Shown here piece after piece: positions 26,825 to 40,286 of a stretch of DNA of 64,000 bases. This stretch comes from Lama glama (taxonomy: Eukaryota). Position numbers and translations under genes: made by a program. Location of the stretch: positions 18,664,001 through 18,728,000 of the forward strand of contig CM052817.1 of assembly GCA_028534125.1 (NCBI GenBank), given 5' to 3'. Position 1 is the first letter of the stretch; each line of letters opens with the position of its first letter. The notes below the pieces were generated by a model. It was not told where the DNA came from. It did no database searches and saw only the letters and a list, made by a program, of their open reading frames with translations.

Positions 26825-27030
26825 TAGGTCAATTACTAAGCCTCTCTCAGCCTTTATAATCTCTTGTGTAGTGTAGTTGTGTCATAATCACTTAGTATCT
26901 TTCTCATAGAATTGTTGTGTGAGTTAGCTAAGCAAGGGCTTATCACAGGATCACATATGATAACCAACAATTAAAAGTGTGTTGCTATCATCATCACTGT
27001 CATCATCATCTCTGTCATCATCATCATTAC
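26825..27030 (+). mobile_element. MIR 3' part with (CAT)n tail
   Basis: aagcctctctcagcc...ctcatagaattgttgtgtgag...tgttgctatcatcatc. Confidence 0.55.
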
Positions 27031-27299
27031 TACATTAAAGGATGAGAATTTTAATTCTACCTCTTATGTCAGTATATCTTAGAAATATTAGTGGTGGCAG
27101 ACCAGCCAGTTTTCCTGTTAGAATCTGTTCACCTGAAGTTCAGCCTGAATTGGAAACCAAATTAGCAGAGCCATAGTTCTGCCATGAACTAGCTTTGTGA
27201 TTTTGGTCATGACATCAAGTCTCTAGGTTTCATGTAGATAAAATGCAAGAATTTTAATAGGTTAATCCCAAGCCTTTATTAATTATGATACCAATTTAT

Positions 27300-28135
27300 G
27301 TTGTTCATTGTGTCTTCTAAATGTGACTTCTGTAAACACACCCTGATCAACACATCCAGGTCAGTATCATTTCTTCCCTGAAGTCTTACAGGAGCTTCCT
27401 GCCAAGTTTTCCTTCTTTTGCCTTGGCATCTCATTAACCCACAATCTATATAGCGGCCCAGATGGCATTTTGAAAATGGAAATCTTAACATGCTATTCTA
27501 CTGCTTTCAACCACCCATGCAGTAGGAATAAAATTTAAATGTCTTATCACTGTCTACAGTGTTCTGATAAACCCTACCTCTAGCTTTCACTACCGTCTTG
27601 TCCAGAGTCGCTGTCCCATTGTTATCCAGGGTCCAATTACATGGATGTTGTCCCTCTTACTCAAATAGTCCAAGTTCTTTTCCAACTCAAGACCTTTCAA
27701 ATTCAAATCTTCCAACAAAAACGCACTTTTGCTGATTCATATTTGACTGTTTCTTTTCTTACTCATCCTGATCTGATCTTAAATACTGTCGCCCTTAAAG
27801 GGGCATTCCAAACCACTTTATCTAAAGAACTGTCCTCTGCTACTGCTGGCCGCCACAATTTGTTTGAATTTTAGGTCCCTATTAGCTGGAATAAAAAACT
27901 TGAACTGATTTTAAATATTTTATTGGTTTATTCATTGAAAAAACTTTTTAAAAACTTAAACTAATTTTAGATATTTTGTTGGTTTTTTCATTGATTTTCA
28001 TTTCTCGGCATCTAGATAGTTTAGTTGTAAGAAAGGAGGGATGCTCTTAGTCCAGATATCTTTTCTGTTCCCACTGTCTAGAATGGTGACTGGTGATAGA
28101 AGATGTTGTTTAACATTTATTTAAATTAATTAATT
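27300..28135 (+). mobile_element. L2 3' region
   Basis: tttgaaaatggaaatcttaacatg, aactcaagaccttt, ttcccactgtctagaatggtgactgg. Confidence 0.65.
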
Positions 28136-29139
28136 ATTTCAATATTTGCTCATTATATGAGTACAAATAAAAATATGGATGAATGCATGGGTAAATAAGT
28201 GAATAGTGAATAAATCAGTGTATGTGTGCATACTCTGAAATTTAGTAATACCCATCACTGTCATTTAATTTGGTTCTGACAGGCTCTTTCTTTCAACATA
28301 AACACAACTTTCTAAGGTACCAGATGGCTGGGGGCAAGAAAGAAACTATGGCTGTTCTACATTTTCCAGAGGGTGGATGTCAATAGTGTTGTAATTATTA
28401 CTAAAATGGGAATTTTCCAATAAATACCGATGTTATAGAGGAAGAAAAGACTTGGTGACCTGACCACTATTTTGGATTCATCAAACATCAAACAATCTCA
28501 AAGTTTGGGACTGGATGTAACACTAAATGCATTTTGCCAGCTATTGTCAACTTTTAGCTAAAAATCCATTTCAAGTCAGAAACTTTATGTCCTTTTCTCT
28601 CAGGTCAGCTGGACACAAAGGCTCAACTTAACCTATGTATTGCAGCTGACCTTCCCTGACCACCCTGTTGCTCACTGCTGCCCTCTGTTGTATATAGTTT
28701 TACTAGGAGAGTTAAATATTTACCTGATTGTGTAGATGAGACAGAAGTTCCAAACTATGATTGATAGTATGTAACCTTTGCTCACGTAGAAAGCATTATT
28801 TGTGCCCTTGAAAAAAAAAAATGAATGTCCTGTCAGGTGGCAAGGACTATTCGCTGTATTAAGACTTCATAATGTCCCATTTCCTAACAATGAGTGTATA
28901 ACCATTTGTTTCTCTTAAATTTTAACTCAAAGCATGCTTACACGTGAGACCTCAAATACAGGCAACATAAGTAATGCCCAGTCGATTAATGGCAAAGAAG
29001 TCCTAGAATAAACAAATATACCTCATGGCGTGGCTCACGTGGCATCAACAGGAGGGAGATGTTCAGTTCTGAGCTTCTACTGCATGCAAGATATTTTGCC
29101 ATGTTCTTTGCTCATGTTATAATACCAAGTCTTATTAGA

Positions 29140-29330
29140 CTTTGAGTCCCATATGGGTGAGACGTATTGCTAGTATTCGTTAAGGTGTCTGATACAATTA
29201 TGGGATGCAGATGTGGTAATCTAATTTTACAGATGGGAAAACTGAGCTTTACAAGTTTAATATTGTGCTCAAGGTCAGGATCCTGGAAGATGGGTCTGAC
29301 TGAATCAGAAGTTCATTCTTCTTCCACTAT
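29140..29330 (-). mobile_element. MIR SINE
   Basis: attttacagatgggaaaactgagc...tgctcaaggtca. Confidence 0.7.
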
Positions 29331-30444
29331 GTAACCTGATGGCAAATCCTAGAAGAACTTATGTTTAAAACTATTTATGGAGTATAAAATAAAACCCACT
29401 GCTGGCTAAGCATCAGCTGGCTTGGAAAACCACTTTGAGTGGTATCTGCAGCTGACGACTTTCTGCAGGAATGTCACAGTCTTGCTTTTTATGTGTTAGT
29501 AATTCTGTCACAGGTCAGTCATTAGCCCTTGAGATGTGTCAGACATACTGTTCGCTACAAGGATAGAGCTAAATGAAGCAGTCTCTATCCTTATCAGAAT
29601 CCCAGTTCTCTTCTTTAATGTTTTGATGTTTAATATGTTTAAGGAGAATTCTCTTAATGTCATTAATCCAAAAATTTTAAATATTTTGAGTTTCCAACAT
29701 CTGTATAGCTAATTTAATTTTTACTGAAATTTGTATAGTGACAATTAAAAAAATTAAGTTTTTATCCCTCAAAATAAAAATAGTGTATCACTGCTCCAGC
29801 CAGGCTTAAAAATTTCTATGAAAGAACTAGCAAGGAAAAAAAATGTATATTTTACATATATATGCATATGTAGTTATTGATATATATGAATAGACAGAGG
29901 TAGAGATACAGAGAGAGGCCAGATGAGATATTAGTCACTATTTGCTCCGAATACTCTTTCTTTTGAGAAAAACTGGTAGGTGATTTAATAGTTAACAAAT
30001 GATTCAGTAAGTAAAGCACGCTTTCGTTTGCCTTAGGCTGGTACATTATACTCCTTAAAGTGTGATGGTAGTATGTGCTCACTATATCATTTCTGTCTTG
30101 GATACTGTTATTTTATAAGAATATCTTTCACATGTTAACATCTTTCTATTCTAGCAGATCTGCTCTTGAAAATAGAAGCATTTACTATCACTTTTCCTCC
30201 AATTAACATTGAGTTAAAATGCTAGAATGCTATGACATATTGTATAATGAAGGAAAGAAAAAAAATAGCTAGTTGATCCCAAATCACTGCAAATACAATT
30301 AAATGCCAAAGGTCTTCCTGAATAACACTTGAATAGTATCCCATCCAAGATCTGACATATAGTAGACACATGGCCCATGTGGTACTTCTTTGTCCTTAAC
30401 CTACCTCAAAGCATAAAGAAGTTTTATTTGTTTATTTTACATCC

Positions 30445-30635
30445 CTGTTGCACCACTTACTAGCTATGTGATCTTGAGTAGTTTGGTAAATCATCTCTGA
30501 GCATAAATTCTTTATGTGCTCTGATGGATTATTATCTGGCTTAGTGACTCACAGGATTGTTTTGAGAATTGAAGGGGATTATTGTAAAAGTATTTTATAA
30601 GCTCTAACATCACATATAAGTAGATGCTATTATTT
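30445..30635 (+). mobile_element. MIR SINE
   Basis: ccacttactagctatgtgatcttgag...tctctgagc...cacaggattgttttgagaatt. Confidence 0.75.
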
Positions 30636-30779
30636 TGCCAGTAATTTCTGAGAAGAAAATGTGATATTGTATAAATATCACAAGTCTAGGAGGCTTATTT
30701 ACTATAAAACCATCAGCAATTTATTAAGCTCTTGATCTTTAGTTTCCATGCTCTGGGTACTGTGTGTCTCTTCAGTAAT

Positions 30780-30878
30780 ATCCTGTGCCATTCTGTCTCA
30801 CTGAGATTTAACCACTCTGTCCTTGGTTTAGTTCCTCCAAGCTACTGAGCTATGCCTTGCCTCAGGGCCTTTGCACGT
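30780..30878 (+). mobile_element. L2 fragment
   Basis: Hallmark tgcctcagggcctttgcac. Confidence 0.65.
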
Positions 30879-30881
30879 ATT

Positions 30882-31689
30882 TTCCACATAAATGATATCA
30901 TATAGTATTTTTATTTCTTTTTGTGGCTTACTTCACTTAGAATAACAATCTCCAGGTCCATCCATGTTGCAGCAAATGGCATTATTTTATTATTTTTTAT
31001 GGCTGAGTAGTAGTCCGTTGTATAAATATATTACAACTTCTTTATCCAGTCATCTGTCAGTGGACATTTATGTTGCTTCCATGTCTTGGCTATTGTATGT
31101 AGTGCTGCTATGAACATTGGGGTGCATGTATCTTTTCAAATTAAAGTTTCCTCTGGATATATGCCTAGGAGGGGGATTGCTGGATCATATGGTAAGTCTA
31201 TTTTTAGTTTTTTTAGGAATCTACATACTATTTTCCATAATGGCTGCACCAAACTATATTTCCACCAACAGTGTAAAAGGGTTTCCTTTTCTCCACACCC
31301 TCTCCAGGATTTATTGTTTGTGGACTTTTTAATGATGGCTGTTCTGACTGGTGTGAACTAATACTTCATAGTAGTTTTGATTTGCATTTCTCTGATGCTT
31401 AGCAATACTGAGCATTATTTTTGTGTGCCTATTGGCCATTTGTATGTATTCATTGGAGAATAGTTTGGGTCTTCTGCCCATTTTTGGATTGGATTTCTTT
31501 TTGTTATTAAGTTGTATGAGCTGTTTATATATTCTGGAAATTAAGCCCTTGTCAGTCTCATCTTTTGCAAATATTTTCTCCCATTCTGTAGATTGTCTTT
31601 TTGTTTTGCTTATGATTTCCTTTGCTGTACAAAAGCTTGTAAGCTTAATTAGGTCCCATATGTTTAGTTTTGCTTTTATTTCTATTACC
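30882..31689 (-). mobile_element. Relatively young L1, internal ORF2 C-terminal fragment (disrupted)
   Basis: ORF 31329-31706 translates to L1 ORF2p-like [14 protein letters not shown]...[20 protein letters not shown]; nucleotide sequence is typical of the L1 3' region. Confidence 0.95.
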
Positions 31690-31729
31690 CAGGCACATCT
31701 TAACAATGACTAAGCTTTGAATAATTAGA

Positions 31730-31816
31730 GGGAAGGCTGCAATTCTGTTGGATCAGGAATGCTAGATTTAGGACCTTCAATGTGATCTAAAATACAGTAG
31801 ATTGAGGAACCACTGT
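31730..31816. mobile_element. MER5-like terminal fragment
   Basis: Ends ttgaggaaccactg, a Charlie/MER5-type TIR. Confidence 0.4.
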
Positions 31817-34800
31817 ATTTCAGGATTATTTCAGGTTTTCAGCTATGGAAAGCCTAAACTATCTGGTTTAGCAGATAATGGCACACAAGACAGAACAGCT
31901 CAGGCAGTCTATAGTTTTCAAGAGAACTTGATCAATGTCCCTAAGATGCCAACCAATTTCATTTTACAGCTCTGTTTCCTCTGATACAACTGAATCCTTA
32001 CATAATGATCCCTTGGAATTTCCAAGCTCTTGCTACTAGAATGCAGCTGTTTTAAGTCTCACAAACTTGAATAACCAACTCCAGTGGGATTGTGAGAGTA
32101 TTAGCCCAGTGTTTCCAGAAAAAGTGCTAAGATTCTCTCTGATTACATAGACCTGTGTCCCATGCCCACATCTCTAAAACTTTAAACTGTGCTAATTGGC
32201 TTTCTCCTGAAGCTAAATCCTGAGGTTCCCCACTTGATTCATTCTATTTAAATCACTTGGGCAGAAAACAAGAGGTGACCGCAGTGTGCCTGTTATCAGA
32301 TCACTTAAACGGTCCCTAACATGAAGAGAAAAATGATCCGTCAAAATTTATGACTGCCTTCTGCTGAATAGTGGCTTGGAGAGGAAAGAGGAATCAATCG
32401 AGATCCCCATCAGTTTGTACGGGGCCAAGAATTTTCCAGTTTGGACAAATTCTACAGCTCTTGCAAACACTGGTATAACTGAAGACCACAAGACAGACAT
32501 TTCAGGGAATCCTGAATATCGTTTTGACCGTTATTATTCCCATTTGAAAAGATAAAATATCCATGCCACCCCAGAGGCCTCCAAGCTAAAGATCAATTGT
32601 TTCCTGGGATGATTTACACATGGAAAAAAATCCATCAGCCTAACACTCTGACATACTACTCACTGAAGGCTTGCCAAAAGCTGAGCAGGCTCTTCCTTTG
32701 CTGTGGAGTTGCAGAAACATGAAAATCAAGAATGAAGCAATAAAATAAACTGCATGGGGAATGATTATTTTTAAAAAGAGAAACAGGCTCAGGTTTATAT
32801 ATTATTCATCAAAGATTATGTATATAAAACTTTGAAAACACTAATATCCTGTATAAAGCTGAAATTTAGTGACCCCATACTATATTCTGGATTATGTACT
32901 AAATGTTTTAATGATTGAATCCTCATAGCGATGGTATCATTCTCTTCATTTCTCATGAGTAACTAGTCAATCCATGTGGCTAGTAAGTGGTAGAACAAAG
33001 ACTGAGCCCCTTTTGTCCTGTATTAGTCCCAATGTCTGCATGCTTTGTCAAGGAAACACAGAATATTATCACAGAATAAAGTGATAAAGTATGTGGAGTG
33101 AATTTAATTTCTAAAAGCTTGCAAATAAAATATTTTGATCTGAGTTCTAAAAATAGATTGATACAGGTTTAGGTGGGAAGGAGAGGGGAACTATCATAGG
33201 ATAGGCCATCTTAATTACCTGAAAGAAGCAATTTCTCCAATTTCTCTAATATCTTTATTAAAAAATCATCTTCTTGGGTACATGTTTGCCATTAAAGGCC
33301 TTATGCATTAGTGCTTAATACATATTTGTTGAATAAAAGTAACATTCAAAATGGGATTAGCCATTCGCTAGAAACTCATTTTTATTGTAGTCCACCTGGT
33401 ATGGGATTAGCTAAATTTTTAGAATTAATTTGAAGTAACTCTCTAGATTCTTTGGTAAAATTTAATGTTGATGAGTTCATAAGTTACTGAAATAATTAGG
33501 AAACTAAAAGTTACTTCACAAACTTTTGTTAAACAAAGCTATTTTCTTGTTCAAATCCCAAAACCACTTATTTATAATTTTTAGTACAAAGATGATCTTA
33601 TATTAACCATAGGATTACAATAAAATATATTTTTAGTTGGAAAACAATTTCAAAATATTAATTTTTTCATACATGTACTTTTAAAACAGAAAAAATTTAA
33701 TATTGTTTTTCAACAATATTGTATTGTACTTTCTTTTCCTGCTGATGAACAAGTTGAAAGCACATCAGGATCCCTCTGTAGAAATCAGCAGCTATGTGCA
33801 TTGTTATCCATCTTTTTCATTACTGTAGGCTTGTTGTTGTTGTTGTTTTGCACTTTACATGGACTTAATAGACAAACCTAGTGTGAGTTTGCAGCATTTG
33901 TCTTTGCAGTGAAGATAATTTCTTAATGTCCTGCCACCTCCTCTTTCTCTCTTTTACTTCTATCAGAATAATTTGGGAACCCTAATTTCCCTCCTGGCTT
34001 CAAGTTCAGTCTTTTTGTTGTTGTTGATAAATCCCAGCATTTTATACATTACTTCCAGAGGAAGATCTCTGATAACGAATGCACAACAGGCTTCTTAAAG
34101 TAATTCTGATGGACGGACTCAGTGCTATTTTTTCCCAAACAAACCGAGTTCTTGTCTTACCCATGAAATTGCTTTGCTATGCATTTTATTAGGGTTGAAG
34201 TCTTAATACTTTTTCTCTTGCTGCGAAATGAAGAGAATATAGGTCTCTGGATAAACTTATCTGCTAGGAAGGCAACATAGAAATGTAATCTCCTAACTGG
34301 CCTCATATTTGGCTGTGCTCTGCACAAATGCATCTAAAGACATTTATCTGACTCTATAGCTGAGATCTTCATGAAAGCAGGTTAGCTCACCCAGATTCAA
34401 ATAACTGGGTTTATATCCTGTGACCTCAGGGTGACTTTGGAGTATTAAACCAGACCTGGGGGTTAAAAGAGAAGTGGCCTTGAAATAGTTTAGATTTACG
34501 GTGAACGGCAAAGAGGTGAGCAGTGCAGAGGAAGAGAAATGGCTGTACAACACTTCCTGCTGTAAGTGAGCCTACCTTGAACTTGCTGATTGAGAAGAAA
34601 TAATACGGTGCCTTGCAAATAAACCATGCTGATGGATGTCTTCTGCTAGAACGGAGCTCACTGTATTTACTCTCTTTCTGTTTGATGTCAGCATCTTAGC
34701 ACTCAGCATGAACTCTACTACAGCTAACTGTCGAAATAAGTTATTTCTAGTCGATAATGAATGCTTCCCTAACATGTTATTATTGAAAATAACAGGTTCC

Positions 34801-34954
34801 AAATGTGTGACCGTATGGTGTACAATTCATTTTCTCCCTCTGAAAGAATTGGATTTTCTTGTCATTAGAACTGAATTGTGTGTCGACACTGCACTAAGTT
34901 GGAACATCCAGAATCCAGACCAAAGGCAAAAAGTTACGGTGAAAAATTATAATA

Positions 34955-35195
34955 GCAATTGCAATTGAACAGTGGCTTACAGTCTGCAAAAAGCTTTCAC
35001 AGTGTCTTGTCTACTGTCTTCGGAGTGTCTTGTCACTCTCTAAGGAAGATATGATATGTAGTTTTACTCCTATTTTAGTAAAAGGTGGATTTAAGCATGA
35101 GAAATTTGAGTGACTTGCCCAGTATCATCACAGAACTAGTAATTGAGAGCACTGAGGCTCAAACCATGAATATCTGCTTCCAAATGCAATGTTCT
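34955..35195 (-). mobile_element. MIR SINE
   Basis: gagtgacttgcccagtatcatcacagaactagtaa...tctgcttccaaa. Confidence 0.65.
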
Positions 35196-35631
35196 GTCTT
35201 TCCTCCTCCTAAAAGTAAATACCGGTATCTGAATGTACTTGGCTATTTTTAACAACAGAAACAGAAAAGCACAAAGGCCCATGATGTGCAAGTAAGTAAA
35301 AGCAGCGGAGAGAATGTTAGTTACTACAGCCTGGTTGTTACATTAGGTCCCACAGATAGTTACAGAGTAATGTAGACAGGGTTTAAAGAAATTTAAAATG
35401 GGTTTAAACATGTCCAAAGTCACATTTCAAGGCATATATTTAAGAATCAAACACATTTTCACGATCTCTTTTTTCATCTTTCCCTATTTTCTTTTTTATC
35501 CTTAAATATCTTGTTAAATGATTATTAGAACTAAGCATGCTTAGTAGACTCTTACAGGCATAGCACAATATGGATAAAACACACAGGTTTTACTGTTTAA
35601 GGAACACACATACATACAAAGAAATGTATAA

Positions 35632-35711
35632 TTCTTTCCTTTCTTCCTTCGTCCCTCCCTTTCTTCCTTCCTCCCTCCCCCGCCCCTTTCTGCCTCCTTT
35701 CTTTTCTTCCA
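35632..35711. repeat. CT-rich low-complexity tract at an L2 tail
   Basis: ttcttccttcgtccctccctttcttccttcctccctcccc followed by atttattgagtatcta. Confidence 0.8.
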
Positions 35712-36559
35712 TCATTATTTATTGAGTATCTAGTATTAACCTAGATATGGTAAACAGCAGTCATTGTTTCTGACTCTTGGTTTCCTATTTGAGATTATTC
35801 CTCAATATCATCTAAGGAATTCTTTCCCCTGCTTCATTTTAATAGGCTATGGAAGAAATTGTTTTTCCTGAAATGTCATTATGCCTGCAGTCCAGCTAGG
35901 AATGAGTGATAGCAGAAACCACCCATTCTTACATGCATCAGACTCGCCTCCTATAATAGCGTCTGTATTTGGCATAACATTGGGTTTCAGTTAGACTCTG
36001 ATGATCAAAATAGCATCACATGATGAGTAAAGTATGGCGATGAAAAATGACAGGACTGTTACACTGAATCTGCAGTTTCATCCCGCTAACTGGTTGCACT
36101 CAGTTTAGCATGGAAATTATAGGTTCACTTTTGCAGAATGGATGCCCCTGGAAATAGAAGATGTTTATAAATAGAATACTCTTACTTCCAAAGTAAAGGA
36201 ATTTACTCTTTAAGCAATGCTGTGCTCCCTTCAAAATCTAGAAAGAGTAGAACTACCCTTAATAACTGATATTTTATAAAAATATTTCTTTTTAAGGCCT
36301 TAATACTTTATGGGAGAAAGTAAGTTACATGTATCCATTCTCATCTCATTTAATCTTCACCATGGGGCAGGAATCAGGTCTATTACCATTGGCATGTATT
36401 CAGGGTACCCTTTGAGGATTTTGTCACCCCTCAGGAATTCCGCACCTTCTGGCTTTGACAAGTTCATCACTAGCACTTAGTGTTAGGTGGGATCATTACT
36501 CACTGATTTTCTCTCCTTGTTACGGAAACAGTGCATATATTCACTTTGCCATGGGACTC

Positions 36560-36973
36560 GAATCTACCTCCCCATGGGGTAAGCTGAGTAAATCTTCCTG
36601 CCCCAGTGATAACTGGGTTTGGCCAGTGATTTATTTTAGGCACTAAATTTTAGCAAATGTAATTCTAGTAGAAGTTTAAATACATTTTAACGTTTCAAGT
36701 TGGCCCCTTGTCCTTCTGGCATCCACCGTGAGAAGAGCACATTCCTTATTGTTGATGGTCTCAGAATGGAAAGACACTTGGGAAGACCTAAGTTAAATCT
36801 GTGCCCCACAGCAAAGCCCAGCTGGTGCCAGCTAAGCCCAGCAAAGCCAACATTTAACTTAAAGATTTGTGAGTGAGGAGGAAAGAAGACATTTACTCCT
36901 GTAAGCCATTAGGCCTGTAAGGCATTGTGGTATCTTGTTATGAGGCATTACTATAGCAAAGCTAACTAATACA
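36560..36973 (+). mobile_element. Old MaLR LTR (MLT1I/J/K-like)
   Basis: 3' end tgtaagccattagg...ttgttatgaggcattactatagcaaagctaactaataca; 5' boundary uncertain. Confidence 0.6.
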
Positions 36974-38037
36974 TTCTCTAAAGAGTTTTTCTTCCATGTG
37001 CTATTGGAAATACCATTTTATTTTATTTTCCTAGGTCTTTCAATACCATTTAAAATTAAAACACTTCCACACACCATGTGTTTGTCACCAAGGACATTCT
37101 GCCCATCTTCTATTTATATGTCTCCCTGACAGGTATTTTCAGCCATTGTTGAACTGGTGAGGATTCAGAAGCTATATAATTTTTTTTAAAAATAGACATA
37201 ACCAACAATACATGTTTACTTTGAAGAGAGGATGAAGAGTGACTATGTCGAAGCTGGCTTTAGGAATTGTTGACAGATCACTGATGAATATTTGGGTAGA
37301 AGTGCTGGAATTGAAGATTTCTCTTATCTGTAGAAATATTTATAAAGAAATAAATCTCATGTTTTCTTTTTTCCCAATACCAGTTAAAAAAAAAAAGTTA
37401 GTCTAGCTTCTAAGAGTGTTCACCTCTTCGTTGCCCACTTACCTTCAGATATATGACCCAATGTTTTATTCATTTTGCTTTCCAGTAAAACAGTTTCATG
37501 TTCTGAATAAAATATATTGAACGTCAGTTATTTCCCTGTAATGATCCTACAGGTCTTGAAAATGCAAAGAATGTTTGGCTTTCTTTCTGAAGCAGAATGT
37601 CTGGCAGGCTGTTCTTTGGACACTCTGGAATTCTCTGCCTTTTTGTTGTTTCTGGCCTTCCTGTTGAATGTAGGGTGAGCACATTGACTTTTACAGAAAA
37701 ATTAGTATTTATGTAATAATTTCTGGTGAGTTTTGTTTTCTTAGTTTCTGTCCCTTACAAAATGTTTTAAAATCACCTAAGTTAATAATGATCATTTAAA
37801 ATTTTTTACTTTTTACAAATTCCTTTGATTTCCAAGTAATGTAGTTAGTAAATTGGTTTTATTTCTTCTTTTTTACTAAAATGTGTAAATGATATTCAGA
37901 TAGTTTTCAGTTTTTTATCTGAGAGAGAAAGTCAATAGAAATATTGACCTTCTTATATTTTATGACTGTATGATTCTGTGGTCAACACAATTTGCCTATT
38001 TAGTACATGAAGAAAAGTTCAAAGAAGTAAATCAGAT

Positions 38038-38631
38038 TGTTGTAGGAGAATAGGTTCTTGCCTCACATAGGAAAGAATCCAAGAGCAAGGCATAGTAAAT
38101 TGACAGCAAGTTTATTTAGAGAGATATACACTCCATAGGCAGAGTGTGGTCCATCTCACTCAGAAGGGAGAGTGGCTTAGGAGATAAACATCCATTGGCA
38201 GAAGGCAGGCCATCTCAAAAGGTGAGAGTGAGAGAGACCAAGAGGTGTGGGGTGTTTAGTTTAAAGTAAAAGTGGATACACACTCCGTAGACAGAATGCA
38301 GGCCATCTCAGAAGGCAAGAGGGGGAGAGCGACCACCAGGTGCACAGTTGTTAATTTTTATGGACTCTAATTTTATATGCTAACGAGTAGGAGGATTATT
38401 CCAAGTACTTTGGGAAAGGGGCAGGGATTTCCAGGAATCGGGCCCCCACCCACTTTTTGACCTTTTATGGCCAGCCTAGGAACTAACATGGTGCCTGTGG
38501 GTGTGCCATGAGGCTCAAGGTCTACAGGAAGTCAAATCTTCTACCGTCTTGGTTCCAACCAGTTTGTGCTATCCTCAAATGCTGTGTTATTCTTTCAATG
38601 CTTGTGCCCTGTCCCCTTCCCTCCTGTCTCA
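38038..38631 (-). mobile_element. ERV1 solo LTR, MER41-like (copy A)
   Basis: TG...CA termini, 4-bp flanks AGAT/ACAT, AATAAA on the minus strand (38111-38116); aligns end to end with the reverse complement of 50226-50820. Confidence 0.9.
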
Positions 38632-39476
38632 ACATTACTGTTTTATGTGTCTCTTCTTTTTTAAAATCTCTGAAAGTTTGCAGACTTCTGAAGTAAGTTG
38701 CTTAGCACACATATAGTAAATGGGTATCATAAAGACATAATGTACTAAAATTGTGGACATTCAACTCTATATATTGTTGTAGGAAAACAAACAGTATTGG
38801 AGTTAAAAGCTGCTGGAGAGGTTTACCTTTATTTAAGTACAAATTCAGAGTACTAAATGGCCTCCTTTAGTTCCAAATGAAAACTTTCAGGGTCAACAGT
38901 GAACTCACTAGTCTTTGCTGCTGCTTCCTGAGAAACAGATCCACTTGAAAGATTTATCCAGCTAAAGCTCAATTATAGAGGAAGCTGTTTATGCATGATG
39001 ATGATAACACAGGCATTAATACCAAATGGCTCTATTATGATTACAAATAGATTGATAATGAATAATTTGGAGAGGCATGATTTTAGTTGCAAATTATTTG
39101 CTTATGTTACTTTTCACAGGGCTTTTAAAGACTAGTGTCACGTAGGGCGATTAATAAAATACTCACAATCTGAGGATTTTAACTTCTCTATAGTTGTCGG
39201 TCATTTTCATTTCAAACTTATTTGTTGAATGAATTGGAACAGAAAAGACAGAATTTGCTTTTAATAAAACATCTAGATTTTCTGCTTTACCATTGTTTTA
39301 CATTTGTTTCAGAAGATAAAAATGATTATTTGAATTTGTAATTATTTATTGATTATTACTGTTTTTTCCAAACATATTACATCAGTCATGTTTACAAAAT
39401 AGGTTATTCAAAACAAAAACAAAACTAGAATCCTTAATGCAGCATTTTTTTGAGGATAATTTTTTAGGTTAGTTCA

Positions 39477-39724
39477 TCATAACAATGCTTTTAGTTTTCT
39501 TCCTGAGTAGAGTAAGGATTTCTTATACCTTCTCTCTTTCGGTGTCATATGGTGGGTTTGGCGCTCTGATAGCATTATTAATGTGTCAGTTACAAGTAGG
39601 TTGAAAATGCTTTGAGGACAAATGGCTTCCGCAAAGCAAGTGGGAACCCTTATGATAATATTTCTTGAGGCAGACTTCATGGTAGTCCCTATTAAGGTGC
39701 TTTGGAAAAGTCCATTATCTATGC
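39477..39724 (-). other. Speculative terminal exon (or internal exon ending at 39529)
   Basis: Acceptor tgcctgtttgcttag|GC, open in phase 1 to the stop at 39477; alternative donor AAG|gtataa at 39529. Confidence 0.15.
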
Positions 39725-40251
39725 CTAAGCAAACAGGCAATCCTTTAGTACCCTCTGGGGTAGTTCTTCTTTAAATTGGCAAAAATCAAAAATATACAGT
39801 AAATTTTTTCCTTTTAGAGTTATATATGTGTATGTGACAATGTACATGCTTGTGTATGTGTAATATGTAAGGAAGAAGGTACCGCATATCTACCACTTTA
39901 AAATAATAATATAAACACTCATGCCAGTTTAATAAATGAGTGAGTACAAATATCACTGCAACCCTCTCTTAATACCTTCATTCTGTGGATTCCTGTAGAG
40001 CTCCTAGAACACAGTAGGGGTAGCATTTGAACCCAGATTTTAAGGATCAAAGACTGCCACTGTCACCTTTCCAATTCTTGTAGCTTCTACTTAAAAGAAA
40101 AAAGAAAAGGAAAAGAGAGACATAGATATGTACAGAAAAGACAAGAGGCAGTTACACATTGGGTCAAAGAAGAAATCAGAGAAGAGATATAAAGAAAGGA
40201 TTGATAGTCACTTATCAAAGCATAAAGTAAAGAATATTTTTTAATCAGATC

Positions 40252-40286
40252 TGTGTGAGTGTGTGTGTCTGTGTGAGAGAGAGAGA
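40252..40286. repeat. (GT)n(GA)n compound microsatellite
   Basis: tgtgtgagtgtgtgtgtctgtgtgagagagagaga. Confidence 0.85.

Noticed and set aside
31086..31713. ORFs with protein-like sequence
   Set aside because: Frameshifted L1 ORF2 remnant and its antisense frames; not a host gene.
37595..37680. Plus-strand mini-exon MSGRLFFGHSGILCLFVVSGLPVECR|gtgagc
   Set aside because: Hydrophobicity follows from T-richness; no compatible partner exon found.
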